Below, piece by piece: positions 13,136 through 26,010 of a DNA stretch of 64,000 bases (the stretch's first letter is position 1; each line of letters begins with the position of its first letter). This DNA is from Octopus bimaculoides. Its lineage: Eukaryota. The notes under the pieces are model-generated. The model searched no databases and was not told the DNA's origin. It saw nothing but the letters and a program-made list of their open reading frames with translations. The translations under genes and the position numbers were made by a program. Location of the stretch: positions 50,823,756 to 50,887,755 of the forward strand of contig NC_068982.1 in NCBI RefSeq assembly GCF_001194135.2, given 5' to 3'.

Positions 13136-14689
13136 TTGAATGGGTTTAATACAAAAAACTAGCAAACATTTTCTGTATAGGTTGAAGCACACGAAGCAGT
13201 GTAAATCTCGTGTAAGAAGTCTGAATAATTTTTCACAGCTTTCAAAACTCATCTACTGCATATAAGATAACTACAAGCTCCCTAACAAAAAATAATGTGA
13301 TATTTTCAATGTTTTTTTTATATATTTTCCAGTTGTGTCTAAATATATATTTATAGAAGGATAAGCCAACTTCTATTTGAGTACTACTCTTTTTTTTTTC
13401 TTTCTTTTTTTTTATTAATGTCACTCATCCTGGATATTTTAGAACTTTTTAAGCCTGGAAATTACTTACTTAAAACTCTGCCATCATTACTATAATGTTT
13501 ATTTCACACTTAAGTTACTAAATGACAAGTAATTCGTCAGCAAACACCTGGAAGTTGCTTACTTGTTCTCCATGACTTCATTTCGCTTTCTTTATCTTAT
13601 TTCAAACTGTTACATGTTTGATGGAGATATATTTTTTATTTCATTTTGTTCTTTCACTTCAGCTTAGTCAAAAAAGAAAAAAAAAAACAAAAGATAGTAA
13701 TTATTAGTTAACTAGTTTATGTTATACAGTATTTCTTTTTTATGTTGAAAAGTCAGACATGGGCAAGAAAAGGCTGAGGAGGTTAAATGACTAGAAAATT
13801 GTAACTGTTTGAAATGTCAAGCAATGCTATAAAGAAACGTCATGAGATTTCTGTAAATGACGAATCAGCCTCTTTTTTTTCTTCTTTTTTTTTTTTTGAC
13901 TGCATTAAAATTAAAGTAATTTTGTTCTTTTTTTTTTCTTTCCAAAATTTCAAATATGTACACGGAAAAGAATATTTACATGCATTGCCTTAGTTTTAAG
14001 AGATAAATTGACTTCTTGAAACATCGTAGTCTGAAGAGTTGCTCAGTCAGCTATATGGTTAACTACCAATAAAAGAGTTGACGGTTCGTTTTCTAGCACC
14101 GACTCTGAGTTTTATCCGTGACTTTGTACATAAAGTTTCATATAGACACCCATGAGTAGATGTATCGCACATCAACAAGAGAGGAAATACTCCATTAAAT
14201 ATGTCGTATATAAAGTAGCATTTTTGATATTGAGCATTTTTTGCTTGTCTTTTTATAACTTTGTTAGAGGAGAAGGGTTAGCCCCTGACACTATTAAGGG
14301 TTTCCAACACTGGTGGGTTGAAAGGAGCAAGATATTTTCTAACCGGAATGTTGGCCTGAATGCTTATCCCAGAATGGATCTATTACAGAGGTCCAAGGCC
14401 CAAATAGGTGTGTTAAATTAGGCGATGAATTAAATCTTACCGCACCTAAATAATAATATACCATCTGACGAGCTTCCACACAATTTCCGGCTTTGGTCTA
14501 CCTGAAACTGTAGAAGACACTTGCCTATGGTGCTACACTGTGAAATTGAAACCGAAACTACAATGATGCTAGGCGAACTTCTTAATCACATAATTAGATA
14601 CTGCTTTGATCACGGTACGTTTCTTTGGTTTTGCAGTCGATGCTTCAAATTCTTTTATTTATGCCGCGTAGGCAACAGAAAACCACTCC

Positions 14690-14985
14690 ATGGTGGTGCC
14701 ACATAAACCCAACCCCGCCAAAATCCACAAGAAGACCTGCGACTTTTTCAATAGCAACAATAAAGATCCTTCCCGGTTTCCCCGTTTCCGTGGCGTATAT
14801 AAATCCACCTTCAGGGGACGCTCGTCCGTCGCAGGGTTACTCATCTTTATCACCTGAGTGGATTGGAGCAACAAGAAATGAGGTGTTTTGCTCAAGAACA
14901 CAACGCGTCGCTCGGTCCAGGAATCGAAACCACAATCTAACAATCATGAGTCCAGCACACTGTCCACTAAGCCACGCTCCACCAC
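14690..14985 (-). mobile_element. tRNA-derived SINE (family C-type head, distinct central domain)
   Basis: Minus-strand head GGAGCGTGGCTTAGTGG...GGTTTCGATTCCTGGACC; body GTAACCCTGCGACGGACGAGCGTCCCCTG resembles conserved central domains of metazoan SINE superfamilies. Confidence 0.65.
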
Positions 14986-15427
14986 AACACCGGAAACAAT
15001 AACAAAAAACAACAAACAAAGCAACAATAACAGCAGTGTGTATTTGTGTGACATTGGATTTATGGACTGATATGTAAAAATGACAATAAGTCTTTTCTCA
15101 GTTCAATGACAGCTTCATATATATTTCAAATTTTGCCACAAGACCAGCAGCTGTGGCNNNNNNNNNNNNNNNNNNNNNNNNNNNNNNNNNNNNNNNNNNN
15201 NNNNNNNNNNNNNNNNNNNNNNNNNNNNNNNNNNNNNNNNNNNNNNNNNNNNNNNNNNNNNNNNNNNNNNNNNNNNNNNNNNNNNNNNNNNNNNNNNNNN
15301 NNNNNNNNNNNNNNNNNNNNNNNNNNNNNNNNNNNNNNNNNNNNNNNNNNNNNNNNNNNNNNNNNNNNNNNNNNNNNNNNNNNNNNNNNNNNNNNNNNNN
15401 NNNNNNNNNNNNNNNNNNNNNNNNNNN

Positions 15428-15606
15428 TGACTCGATTACATCGACCCCGGAGTTCACTTGGTACTTATTTTATCGACCCCGAAACGACCCTGAAACGATG
15501 AAAAAAAGTCGACGTCGGTGGAATTTGAACTCAGAACGTAAAGACGAATGAAATGCTGCTAAGCATTTGCCCGGCATGCTAACGAGTTTGCCAACTCGCC
15601 GCCTTA
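15428..15606 (-). mobile_element. SINE family B
   Basis: Reverse complement of the family B consensus, truncated by the N gap. Confidence 0.85.
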
Positions 15607-16982
15607 GTGTCAGATTCATATAAACAGCTATTTAGCAGGCCTAGTAATTGAAGTTCCATCCTCGACCATCCGTTTTACATCAAGCATTGCATCGTCCAAT
15701 ACTGCTCTTAATTATTTTTACGGTGGTAGGTTGTGATTTGAGGAAAATTTGATTGATACTTCTAGCATCTCGAATGACAGCACAAAGGCTCCCTCATTGG
15801 TTTGATGTAGTCACTAGATAACAATGATGAGGCATAATAAATCCTATCTTTAAGATAACTTCCATCTTTCTCATCCATCTAACATCTGTAAAATGAAGAG
15901 AACTGGATGCCTTAAAAATGTCATCTTAAAAGAATGAATCAAAACAACCGCTCTTATGATATCTCTAACTTAAATATGAACATACATCTTTTGACCCTTT
16001 TGAAGTTTAATAATCTTGCTACTTTCTTTGTACTGTGTAAGATGTATAGTCGAAGAAATCGATACAATATAGATCTAAACAAAGAAAACAAAGGGATTCC
16101 TTGAAACAAAGGTCACCGAATTAGAAATTATAAAACTTCTATTTCGCTTTCTCTAACTATCAAATCAAGCACTTCTTTTNNNNNNNNNNNNNNNNNNNNN
16201 NNNNNNNNNNNNNNNNNNNNNNNNNNNNNNNNNNNNNNNNNNNNNNNNNNNNNNNNNNNNNNNNNNNNNNNNNNNNNNNNNNNNNNNNNNNNNNNNNNNN
16301 NNNNNNNNNNNNNNNNNNNNNNNNNNNNNNNNNNNNNNNNNNNNNNNNNNNNNNNNNNNNNNNNNNNNNNNNNNNNNNNNNNNNNNNNNNNNNNNNNNNN
16401 NNNNNNNNNNNNNNNNNNNNNNNNNNNNNNNNNNNNNNNNNNNNNNNNNNNNNNNNNNNNNNNNNNNNNNNNNNNNNNNNNNNNNNNNNNNNNNNNNNNN
16501 NNNNNNNNNNNNNNNNNNNNNNNNNNNNNNNNNNNNNNNNNNNNNNNNNNNNNNNNNNNNNNNNNNNNNNNNNNNNNNNNNNNNNNNNNNNNNNNNNNNN
16601 NNNNNNNNNNNNNNNNNNNNNNNNNNNNNNNNNNNNNNNNNNNNNNNNNNNNNNNNNNNNNNNNNNNNNNNNNNNNNNNNNNNNNNNNNNNNNNNNNNNN
16701 NNNNNNNNNNNNNNNNNNNNNNNNNNNNNNNNNNNNNNNNNNNNNNNNNNNNNNNNNNNNNNNNNNNNNNNNNNNNNNNNNNNNNNNNNNNNNNNNNNNN
16801 NNNNNNNNNNNNNNNNNNNNNNNNNNNNNNNNNNNNNNNNNNNNNNNNNNNNNNNNNNNNNNNNNNNNNNNNNNNNNNNNNNNNNNNNNNNNNNNNNNNN
16901 NNNNNNNNNNNNNNNNNNNNNNNNNNNNNNNNNNNNNNNNNNNNNNNNNNNNNNNNNNNNNNNNNNNNNNNNNNNNNNNNNN

Positions 16983-17023
<41 letters not shown>

Positions 17024-17948
17024 TGCACACTCACATATATATGCATACTACAATATATAAATATTAATTTCCATACATGGGTCAATAAGGTTTGAAACCA
17101 TGAACAATAAATAAAATTATCTGTAAATGTAAATGGATGTTGTCACTTTCATCTGTGTTAGAAGAAAAGCACGACAGAAAAGTACCGTACAAACACAATA
17201 ACCCATTTACCCGCTCGTACACGTTGTAACCGTTAACGTTGTAGACGCTTTAAAGAATTGTACAATGAACATCAATACTTTCAGTTTTTAAGAATATTTG
17301 GCAGTAGAAAATATATGGTGTTTATTGTTGTGCTTGAATGAATGTTATATCCTGTAATCAGACTCGCTTAGAATCCTATTTGTGCATACATACCTACATA
17401 CATACATACATACATACACACAGACATGCAAACACACACAAACTCTCTCTCATCCCTACACACACCCTCTTTCTCTCNNNNNNNNNNNNNNNNNNNNNNN
17501 NNNNNNNNNNNNNNNNNNNNNNNNNNNNNNNNNNNNNNNNNNNNNNNNNNNNNNNNNNNNNNNNNNNNNNNNNNNNNATATAATGTGCTGACCCGTGATG
17601 AAAATTCGACAAAATAAGTACTCCATCTAGTGAGAGATAAAAATTATTTATCTAAGGCCAAAATACATGTATTAATGCGCTACTAATAGTTTCGTATGAT
17701 GAGAGTACTCAAACATACTCTTCAGGCGCAAACGACATATCATAACGAACTGAAGATATTGAATAGTAGAAGAAACGCGAAATAAACTGAGAAGGCAGTA
17801 CATAGAAAATGCAAGCAGTAAACAACGGAAAACGAAAAACAGAAACTAAAAGGTCAAAAATATAATTGTAATAGGTAAAAAGGTAAAAGAGCTATCCTCC
17901 TTAGACCTCTATTACTGCTGTATTTGTTAGAGTGTGCTTCTTTCTGAT

Positions 17949-18003
<55 letters not shown>

Positions 18004-18586
18004 NNNNNNNNNNNNNNNNNNNNNNNNNNNNNNNNNNNNNNNNNNNNNNNNNNNNNNNNNNNNNNNNNNNNNNNNNNNNNNNNNNNNNNNNNNNNNNNNN
18101 NNNNNNNNNNNNNNNNNNNNNNNNNNNNNNNNNNNNNNNNNNNNNNNNNNNNNNNNNNNNNNNNNNNNNNNNNNNNNNNNNNNNNNNNNNNNNNNNNNNN
18201 NNNNNNNNNNNNNNNNNNNNNNNNNNNNNNNNNNNNNNNNNNNNNNNNNNNNNNNNNNNNNNNNNNNNNNNNNNNNNNNNNNNNNNNNNNNNNNNNNNNN
18301 NNNNNNNNNNNNNNNNNNNNNNNNNNNNNNNNNNNNNNNNNNNNNNNNNNNNNNNNNNNNNNNNNNNNNNNNNNNNNNNNNNNNNNNNNNNNNNNNNNNN
18401 NNNNNNNNNNNNNNNNNNNNNNNNNNNNNNNNNNNNNNNNNNNNNNNNNNNNNNNNNNNNNNNNNNNNNNNNNNNNNNNNNNNNNNNNNNNNNNNNNNNN
18501 NNNNNNNNNNNNNNNNNNNNNNNNNNNNNNNNNNNNNNNNNNNNNNNNNNNNNNNNNNNNNNNNNNNNNNNNNNNNNNNNNNNNNN

Positions 18587-18629
<43 letters not shown>

Positions 18630-18667
18630 CATACATATATATGATATTAAGTAAGTAAGTTAACAGA

Positions 18668-18870
18668 ATCATTTGCACGCCAGAGTAAATGCCTAGCAGC
18701 ATTTCGTCCGTCATTAAGTTCTGAGTTCTAATTTCGCCGAGATCAACTTTACCTTTCATCATTTCTGGGTTGATAAAATAAGTAACAATTGAGCACTGGG
18801 GTCGATGTAATCGACTTTTACTATATTCCCGAAATTGCTAGCCTTGTGCCAAAATTTGAAACCAGTATAA
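18668..18870 (+). mobile_element. SINE family B
   Basis: GTTCTAATTTCGCCGAGATCAACTTTACCTTTCATC...GGGGTCGATGTAATCGACT...GCCTTGTGCCAAAATTTGAAACC. Confidence 0.8.
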
Positions 18871-18994
18871 TATGTGTGTGTGTGTGTGTGTATCTCCCTT
18901 TTATCAAACCTCTTTTTATATTATCTCCCTTTCTTTGAATTTTTTTTCTAGTCTTTCGCCGTGTTGGACCGCTGAACACTACAAGTTTTTTTCA

Positions 18995-19270
18995 TTCTCT
19001 TTCTGTTTATTTTCTAGTAACGTCATTTACTGCATCCCCTGCTCCTTCTGTCCGTCCCTGTACATCGGTCAAATGGGACGCCGCTTGACTGACCGGTTCG
19101 CAGAGCACACCGAGACATCAGACTCGGCAATGGCACCCCGGTCTCGCACCATTTCCGCTCTACCAGTCATTCGCTACATCATCTGTGTGTGTTCGAAATG
19201 TCTTTGCAGAGGGGCTATCCGGACACGTGCCTTCGCCGTGAACAGAAATTAATCTTCTCTCCTCGCTCCA
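18995..19270 (+). mobile_element. Penelope-like element GIY-YIG endonuclease fragment
   Basis: SSNVIYCIPCSFCPSLYIGQMGRRLTDRFAEH, a frameshift, then RDIRLGNGTPVSHHFRSTSHS...RREQKLIF: VIY-YIG motif with RF-EH. Confidence 0.85.
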
Positions 19271-19558
19271 TTCGCGCCACATAGACTCTACTCACCTCCA
19301 CTGTTCATCTGGCACACTTACTTCCACTGTTCATCTGACACCAACCTCACCTCCTCTCTTCATTTGATACCAACCCCACACCTCTCAAGTACGCTGAGTA
19401 AGTGCTATGATTGGTCGTCCGTTAGTTTCCAAGTTCACAGCTGAGGCTGGAGCTAGGGATCCATATTAGGCTTCGAGGAAAAAGGACAACAAAAGCCAAG
19501 GCAGAACGAGTAGCTCAAGTCATTTAGAATAATTTAATTAGAGTAAGGTGAATTTGAA

Positions 19559-19633
19559 ATCTTAAGCTGTTTCTGAGATATCCCAAGTGATAGGCTTGCA
19601 TATCCGTGCACTAGGTATTCCGTCGTCAGAGAC
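19559..19633 (-). ncRNA. Decayed type I hammerhead motif (left arm)
   Basis: Minus strand reads GTCT-CTGACGA-long stem II-GAAACAGCT-T-A-AGAT; one base is missing from stem III. Confidence 0.5.
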
Positions 19634-19997
19634 AAGGTGAATATGTATGAAAGTTCTAGACAGGAAAATTCACAGTTTATAAGGAATTAAATAGTAGATA
19701 GAAGAATAAAGAGTAAAAGTAGATAGAAAAATACCAACAGGAGAATAAAGTTCACAACTCATCTTTTTCCGAGAGAAAAAGCTGATCTGTGTACTTTATT
19801 CTCGTGTCTGTATTCTTCTATTTAGTATTTTATTCCTAATAAACTGTGAATTTCCTTTTCCTCTAATATAATATTATGTGTGTGTGTGTGTGTGTGTATT
19901 TATATATATTATTTTATTCTATTTTATTCCTTATAAACTGTGAATTTTATTCCTTGTAAACTGTAAATTTTTGCCCTGTCTAAAATATTCATACTTT

Positions 19998-20073
19998 GTC
20001 TCTGATGACGAGATACCCAGCGCAAGGACATGCTAATCTACCACTTGGGTTATCCCAGAAACAGCTGTAAGAC
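19998..20073 (+). ncRNA. Type I hammerhead ribozyme motif with palindromic stem III and long stem II
   Basis: Stem I GTCT(19998)/AGAC(20070); CTGATGA at 20002; stem II GAGATACCCAG/TTGGGTTATCCC; GAAA at 20058; stem III ACAGCTGT; GUA triplet. The base of stem II is a C/A mismatch. Confidence 0.65.
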
Positions 20074-20420
20074 TTCAAATTCACCTTACCCTAATTAAAT
20101 TATTCTAAATGACTTGAAATACTTGTTCTCTATTATAATACACACACACACACACACATATATATATTGTTGTATTACGGGATGGTATTTTTTTTCTTCT
20201 TTTTTTGCCAAGTAAACACACGCAGTTCTGCGACGAAAGATTTCCGGACAATGGATAGGCGTTAAAATAATAAAATAATAGTAATAAATGAGTGAAGAAA
20301 AAAATGTATAGTGCGTATGTTTATTTGGCAAAAAAATAAAGTAAATAAAATGACCAACCCAAATACAACAATATCTGTTTCAACACACGATTTAACATCA
20401 GGAATCTTGCAAAACGAAGT

Positions 20421-20455
<35 letters not shown>

Positions 20456-21145
20456 NNNNNNNNNNNNNNNNNNNNNNNNNNNNNNNNNNNNNNNNNNNNN
20501 NNNNNNNNNNNNNNNNNNNNNNNNNNNNNNNNNNNNNNNNNNNNNNNNNNNNNNNNNNNNNNNNNNNNNNNNNNNNNNNNNNNNNNNNNNNNNNNNNNNN
20601 NNNNNNNNNNNNNNNNNNNNNNNNNNNNNNNNNNNNNNNNNNNNNNNNNNNNNNNNNNNNNNNNNNNNNNNNNNNNNNNNNNNNNNNNNNNNNNNNNNNN
20701 NNNNNNNNNNNNNNNNNNNNNNNNNNNNNNNNNNNNNNNNNNNNNNNNNNNNNNNNNNNNNNNNNNNNNNNNNNNNNNNNNNNNNNNNNNNNNNNNNNNN
20801 NNNNNNNNNNNNNNNNNNNNNNNNNNNNNNNNNNNNNNNNNNNNNNNNNNNNNNNNNNNNNNNNNNNNNNNNNNNNNNNNNNNNNNNNNNNNNNNNNNNN
20901 NNNNNNNNNNNNNNNNNNNNNNNNNNNNNNNNNNNNNNNNNNNNNNNNNNNNNNNNNNNNNNNNNNNNNNNNNNNNNNNNNNNNNNNNNNNNNNNNNNNN
21001 NNNNNNNNNNNNNNNNNNNNNNNNNNNNNNNNNNNNNNNNNNNNNNNNNNNNNNNNNNNNNNNNNNNNNNNNNNNNNNNNNNNNNNNNNNNNNNNNNNNN
21101 NNNNNNNNNNNNNNNNNNNNNNNNNNNNNNNNNNNNNNNNNNNNN

Positions 21146-21200
<55 letters not shown>

Positions 21201-21415
21201 ACGCGCGTACGTGTGTGAACGTGCATGTGTGTATGTGTGTTGCATATATTCATTTTATGTAAACATACTTAAATCCTATATGTATATTTGATAAAGTGCA
21301 TAAATAATCTGTGTAGTTGATATCTCTGTACATGATAGTTACACCGCATGTTTATATGCCATGTCTGTTGAAAAGTAAGATCACATTGTTAGAAAATGGT
21401 ATCACAGAAAAAAAA

Positions 21416-21450
<35 letters not shown>

Positions 21451-22086
21451 GTAGTAGTAGAATTAGAACAGACTGGTTGACAGCTCTTTCCGTTTTCTAG
21501 ATTTCATCATGTTTATTTAAACACAATAACGCACTGAAGGACTTCAAATTAGCAAAAATAAAAGCTGCCTTTTCTTCTGCATCCTTTTAGAGAGCAACGC
21601 GGCAATAATTATTTTATATGAATTGGTGAAATGTTGATTTTTTACACTTTAATTTGTAGTCTTAGTCCTCACCCTGTTGACCTTGAATGTAATGCAACAA
21701 TAATTTTTGTGTATTATAAAAGATTAGATTTATTTAACCTTATAGCACCGTGCAATATAGTTGGGGATCTGAGTTTGAAATAAGAATGAATGACTAGGAA
21801 GCGATCCGTTATTATCTTAAATTGGTCTGCATCTTCTATTGACCTCCCCGCTCAATACACCCATCGCCCCATAAACACTCGCTCACACACACACACACAC
21901 ACACACACAGAGATGTTCTTGTATTTTTTCTAATATCGATTAGATGTTATTTATATAGCTAACTCGGTTATTTTACTGACAGCTTTTGAGTTACATTAGT
22001 GATATACTCAAACCATACATAGACTCACACACTCATGTACACACACATACACTCACACTCGTGCACACACACACACACACACACAC

Positions 22087-22474
22087 GTTGTTGTTGTTGA
22101 CACTCCGTCGCTTACGACGTCGAGGGTTCCAGTTGATCCGATCAATGGAACAGCCTGCTCGTGAAATTAACGTGCAAGTGGCTGAGCACTCCACAGACAC
22201 GTGTACCCTTAACGTAGTTCTCGGGAATATTCAGCGTGACACAGTGTGACAAGGCTGACCCTTTGAATTACAGGCACAACAGAAACAGGAAGTAAGAGTG
22301 AGAGAAAGCTGTGGTGAAAGAGTACAGCAGGGTTCGCCACCATCCCCTGCCGGAGCCTCGTGGAGCTTTAGGTGTTTTCGCTCAATAAATACTCACAACA
22401 CCCGGTCTGGGAATCGAAACCACGATCCAATGACCGCGAGTCCGCTGCCCTAACCACTGGGCCATTGCGCCTCC
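22087..22474 (-). mobile_element. SINE family C, near full length (tRNA-Arg-like head)
   Basis: Head GGAGGCGCAATGGCCCAGTGGTTAGGGCAGCGGACTCGCGGTC...GGTTTCGATTCCCAGACC and (AAC)n tail; closely matches 51643-52019. Probably one of the published octopus OR-type SINEs (not verified). Confidence 0.9.
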
Positions 22475-22559
22475 ACACACACGCATACAAACACACACAT
22501 ATACACATACACACACATACATATTTTATACATATACATAACGTTTTATGTATTTCTTT

Positions 22560-22945
22560 CACTGGACTGCAGCCATGCTGGAGCAGCTCCTTGAAGAATT
22601 TTTAAACGAACAACTCGAATCCAGTATTTATCTTTTAGACTCTGGTATTTATTCCATCGGTTTCTTTTGCCGAACCGCTAACTAAAGAGGACATAAACAA
22701 ACCAACACCAGTTGTGAAGCGGCGGTGTGGGGACGAATACAAAGACACACACACACACACACATATACATGCACATATACGACAGGTTTCTCTCAGTTTC
22801 CGTCCACCGAATCCACTCACAAGGCATTGGTCGGCCCGAGGCTATAGTAGAAGACACTTGCCCAAGGTGCCACGCAGTGAGACTGAACCTAGAATCATGT
22901 GGTTGGGAAGCAAACTTCTTACCATACAGTCATACCTGTGCCTAT
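22560..22945 (-). mobile_element. SINE family A
   Basis: Reverse complement of the family A head, internal (CA)n and tail. Confidence 0.85.
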
Positions 22946-22957
22946 GTATGTCTGCGT

Positions 22958-22998
<41 letters not shown>

Positions 22999-23129
22999 NN
23001 NNNNNNNNNNNNNNNNNNNNNNNNNNNNNNNNNNNNNNNNNNNNNNNNNNNNNNNNNNNNNNNNNNNNNNNNNNNNNNNNNNNNNNNNNNNNNNNNNNNN
23101 NNNNNNNNNNNNNNNNNNNNNNNNNNNNN

Positions 23130-23183
<54 letters not shown>

Positions 23184-23984
23184 AAAAGAGGGAAAGTCTG
23201 ATATACGTTTTTCCATTTGTTCAAACTATAGATTATGAGTAACACAAACAATAAAACCATATACACATAGAAAAACTGAAACAATGTAAATAAAAGGACA
23301 ATGAATGAAGGTCCCTTTGCACTGGAATACAGGAAGACGTTTTCGTATTAGCTGACAATTCTGAGTGTCATTAGAGCGTAGGTAACATATATAACCTTTA
23401 TCTGTTTTAGGTTATTCAGGGACAAAATGGATGTTAACAACTTACATCACATATATACTCCCACCTTCCTTTCACTCTCTTTCTCTCTCACTCTTTATCA
23501 TAAACACTGGCACAGAGAGAGAGGGGGGAGACAGTGGCACGCATACAAATGCGTAGACATTTTCAAAACAAAACAACATACGCATTTAAAATCCTTTTAT
23601 AGAGCAAAATAACAATGTGATGCTTTCCATTGTTTTAAGGCCAAGTCTCATATTCCATTGAATATTCTGGAAATATATATCTGTGCACGCCTTCACAAAC
23701 ATTATTAGGCTCGACAACGCTCGACTTTAACAGTAGAAAAGTGTGGTGAATATTAGCTCCAATTGACAGCTGACTATAAAAAAATTAGGAATCTAGGAAT
23801 TAATTAATTTGTATGAAAATGTACTAATCTATCGCTGGGTTTAGATAAGTATTTGTCACGCAGTGATTTGAGCAAACACTTTTGATTATGGTTCAGAAAA
23901 GAATGAAGATGTTACAAAATGGTTAACATATACACATATACAGACATAAACCGATTTATCTCCTGTCTAAATATATATCTTTTA

Positions 23985-24358
23985 TCTTTTACTTGCTTCA
24001 GTCATTAGACTGCAGTCATGCTGAGGTACCATCTTGAAGAATTTTTAGTCGAATGAATCGACTCCACCACTTTTTCTTTAAAGCCTGATACTTAGTCTAT
24101 CGGTTTGTCTTGCCAAATTGCTAATCTATGGAGATGTTAAACAAACCAATACCGGTTATGAAGCGGTGTAGTGGGGAGCGTACATATATATATATACAAC
24201 AGGCTTTTTTCAGTTTCATTCTTCAAAATCCACTTACAATGCTTTGATCAGCCTGATATTATAATAGAAGACATTTGCCCAACGTGCCACGCAATGGGAA
24301 TGAACCCGGAACCATGTGGTTTGGAAGCAAAGTTCTTACCACACAGCCACATATGCGT
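23985..24358 (-). mobile_element. SINE family A
   Basis: Reverse complement of family A, diverged. Confidence 0.8.
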
Positions 24359-24423
24359 CTTACATATATAGCCTTAGGGCTGAAACGTATCAAAGAATAA
24401 AAGAATATATTAACTGTGTGTGT

Positions 24424-24470
<47 letters not shown>

Positions 24471-24574
24471 CGTGTGTGCGTAATATATATTATATTTATA
24501 TATACACACACACATACATACATATATATATGTATGTATATATTTATATGTACATATATATATAATGTACACAT

Positions 24575-24621
<47 letters not shown>

Positions 24622-25116
24622 NNNNNNNNNNNNNNNNNNNNNNNNNNNNNNNNNNNNNNNNNNNNNNNNNNNNNNNNNNNNNNNNNNNNNNNNNNNNNNN
24701 NNNNNNNNNNNNNNNNNNNNNNNNNNNNNNNNNNNNNNNNNNNNNNNNNNNNNNNNNNNNNNNNNNNNNNNNNNNNNNNNNNNNNNNNNNNNNNNNNNNN
24801 NNNNNNNNNNNNNNNNNNNNNNNNNNNNNNNNNNNNNNNNNNNNNNNNNNNNNNNNNNNNNNNNNNNNNNNNNNNNNNNNNNNNNNNNNNNNNNNNNNNN
24901 NNNNNNNNNNNNNNNNNNNNNNNNNNNNNNNNNNNNNNNNNNNNNNNNNNNNNNNNNNNNNNNNNNNNNNNNNNNNNNNNNNNNNNNNNNNNNNNNNNNN
25001 NNNNNNNNNNNNNNNNNNNNNNNNNNNNNNNNNNNNNNNNNNNNNNNNNNNNNNNNNNNNNNNNNNNNNNNNNNNNNNNNNNNNNNNNNNNNNNNNNNNN
25101 NNNNNNNNNTATATAC

Positions 25117-25250
25117 GATTAGAAGTCATCACATAAATAGTAATAATAATAATCCTTTCTACTATACGTACAAGGCTTGAAATTTCGGAGGAGGGGACTA
25201 GCCGATTACATCGACCATAGTGCTCGACTGGTACTTACTTTATCGGATCC
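25117..25250 (-). repeat. Left arm of an identical 134-bp inverted duplication
   Basis: Reverse complement of 25902-26035, covering a SINE B tail plus unique flank. Confidence 0.9.
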
Positions 25251-25784
25251 GTTAATCAAATTCACTCATAACGCATTAGTCTTCCTGACGCTCAAGTTGA
25301 CGCACCGCGAGACTGATCCCAGAACTATGTGGTTAGAAAACAAAATTTTAGCATACAACTACACACACATATACAAATATTATTTGATTTGAAAACGTAA
25401 ATTGACCTAGGTACAAAATTTCCATTTCTTGCAACAGATATCTGTGCCAAAAAAAAATAAATAAAAAATAAAATAAAATAAAACATCCAAAAGCGCTGGA
25501 TCGAGATATCCAACGGTATATGGAATAAAGATTATTTTCCACACCAAACTGTCACTTGCTGGCATCTTATGTTGAAAGACAACTTTTAGATTGATTCTAC
25601 GGCCATTCATTTATTTATTTATTTGCAAATGTTATTTATCTGTAACATTTTTTGCACCCAGTCCAAATAATTATCTGGTTGCTTTACTTCCCCCAAACAT
25701 TCAGCTTTTTTTCTGGTTACTATTCTTATTCTATATTTATTAAGCTTTTCCCTATATTTTTCAGTCGATAAACACAAGCCACAA

Positions 25785-26010
25785 GGCGGCGAGCTGGCAG
25801 GATCGTTGCCGCGCCAGGAAAAATGGTTATCGGTTTTTCGTCCCTCTTTACTTTCTGAGTTCAAATTCCGCTGAGGTTAGCTTTGCCTTTCATCCCGTTC
25901 AGGATCCGATAAAGTAAGTACCAGTCGAGCACTATGGTCGATGTAATCGGCTAGTCCCCTCCTCCGAAATTTCAAGCCTTGTACGTATAGTAGAAAGGAT
26001 TATTATTATT
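25785..26010 (+). mobile_element. SINE family B, full length
   Basis: Runs from GGCGGCGAGCTGGCAGGATCG to GCCTTGTACGTATAGTAGAAAGGATTATTATT. Confidence 0.85.

Larger units (their letters stand above)
19503..20129. mobile_element. ~630-bp imperfect foldback element with a hammerhead motif in each arm
   Basis: From 19503 onward the sequence matches the reverse complement of the region ending at 20129 (CAAGTCATTTAGAATAATTTAATTAG..TAAGGTGAATTTGAA). The symmetry centre is near 19770. Confidence 0.8.
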
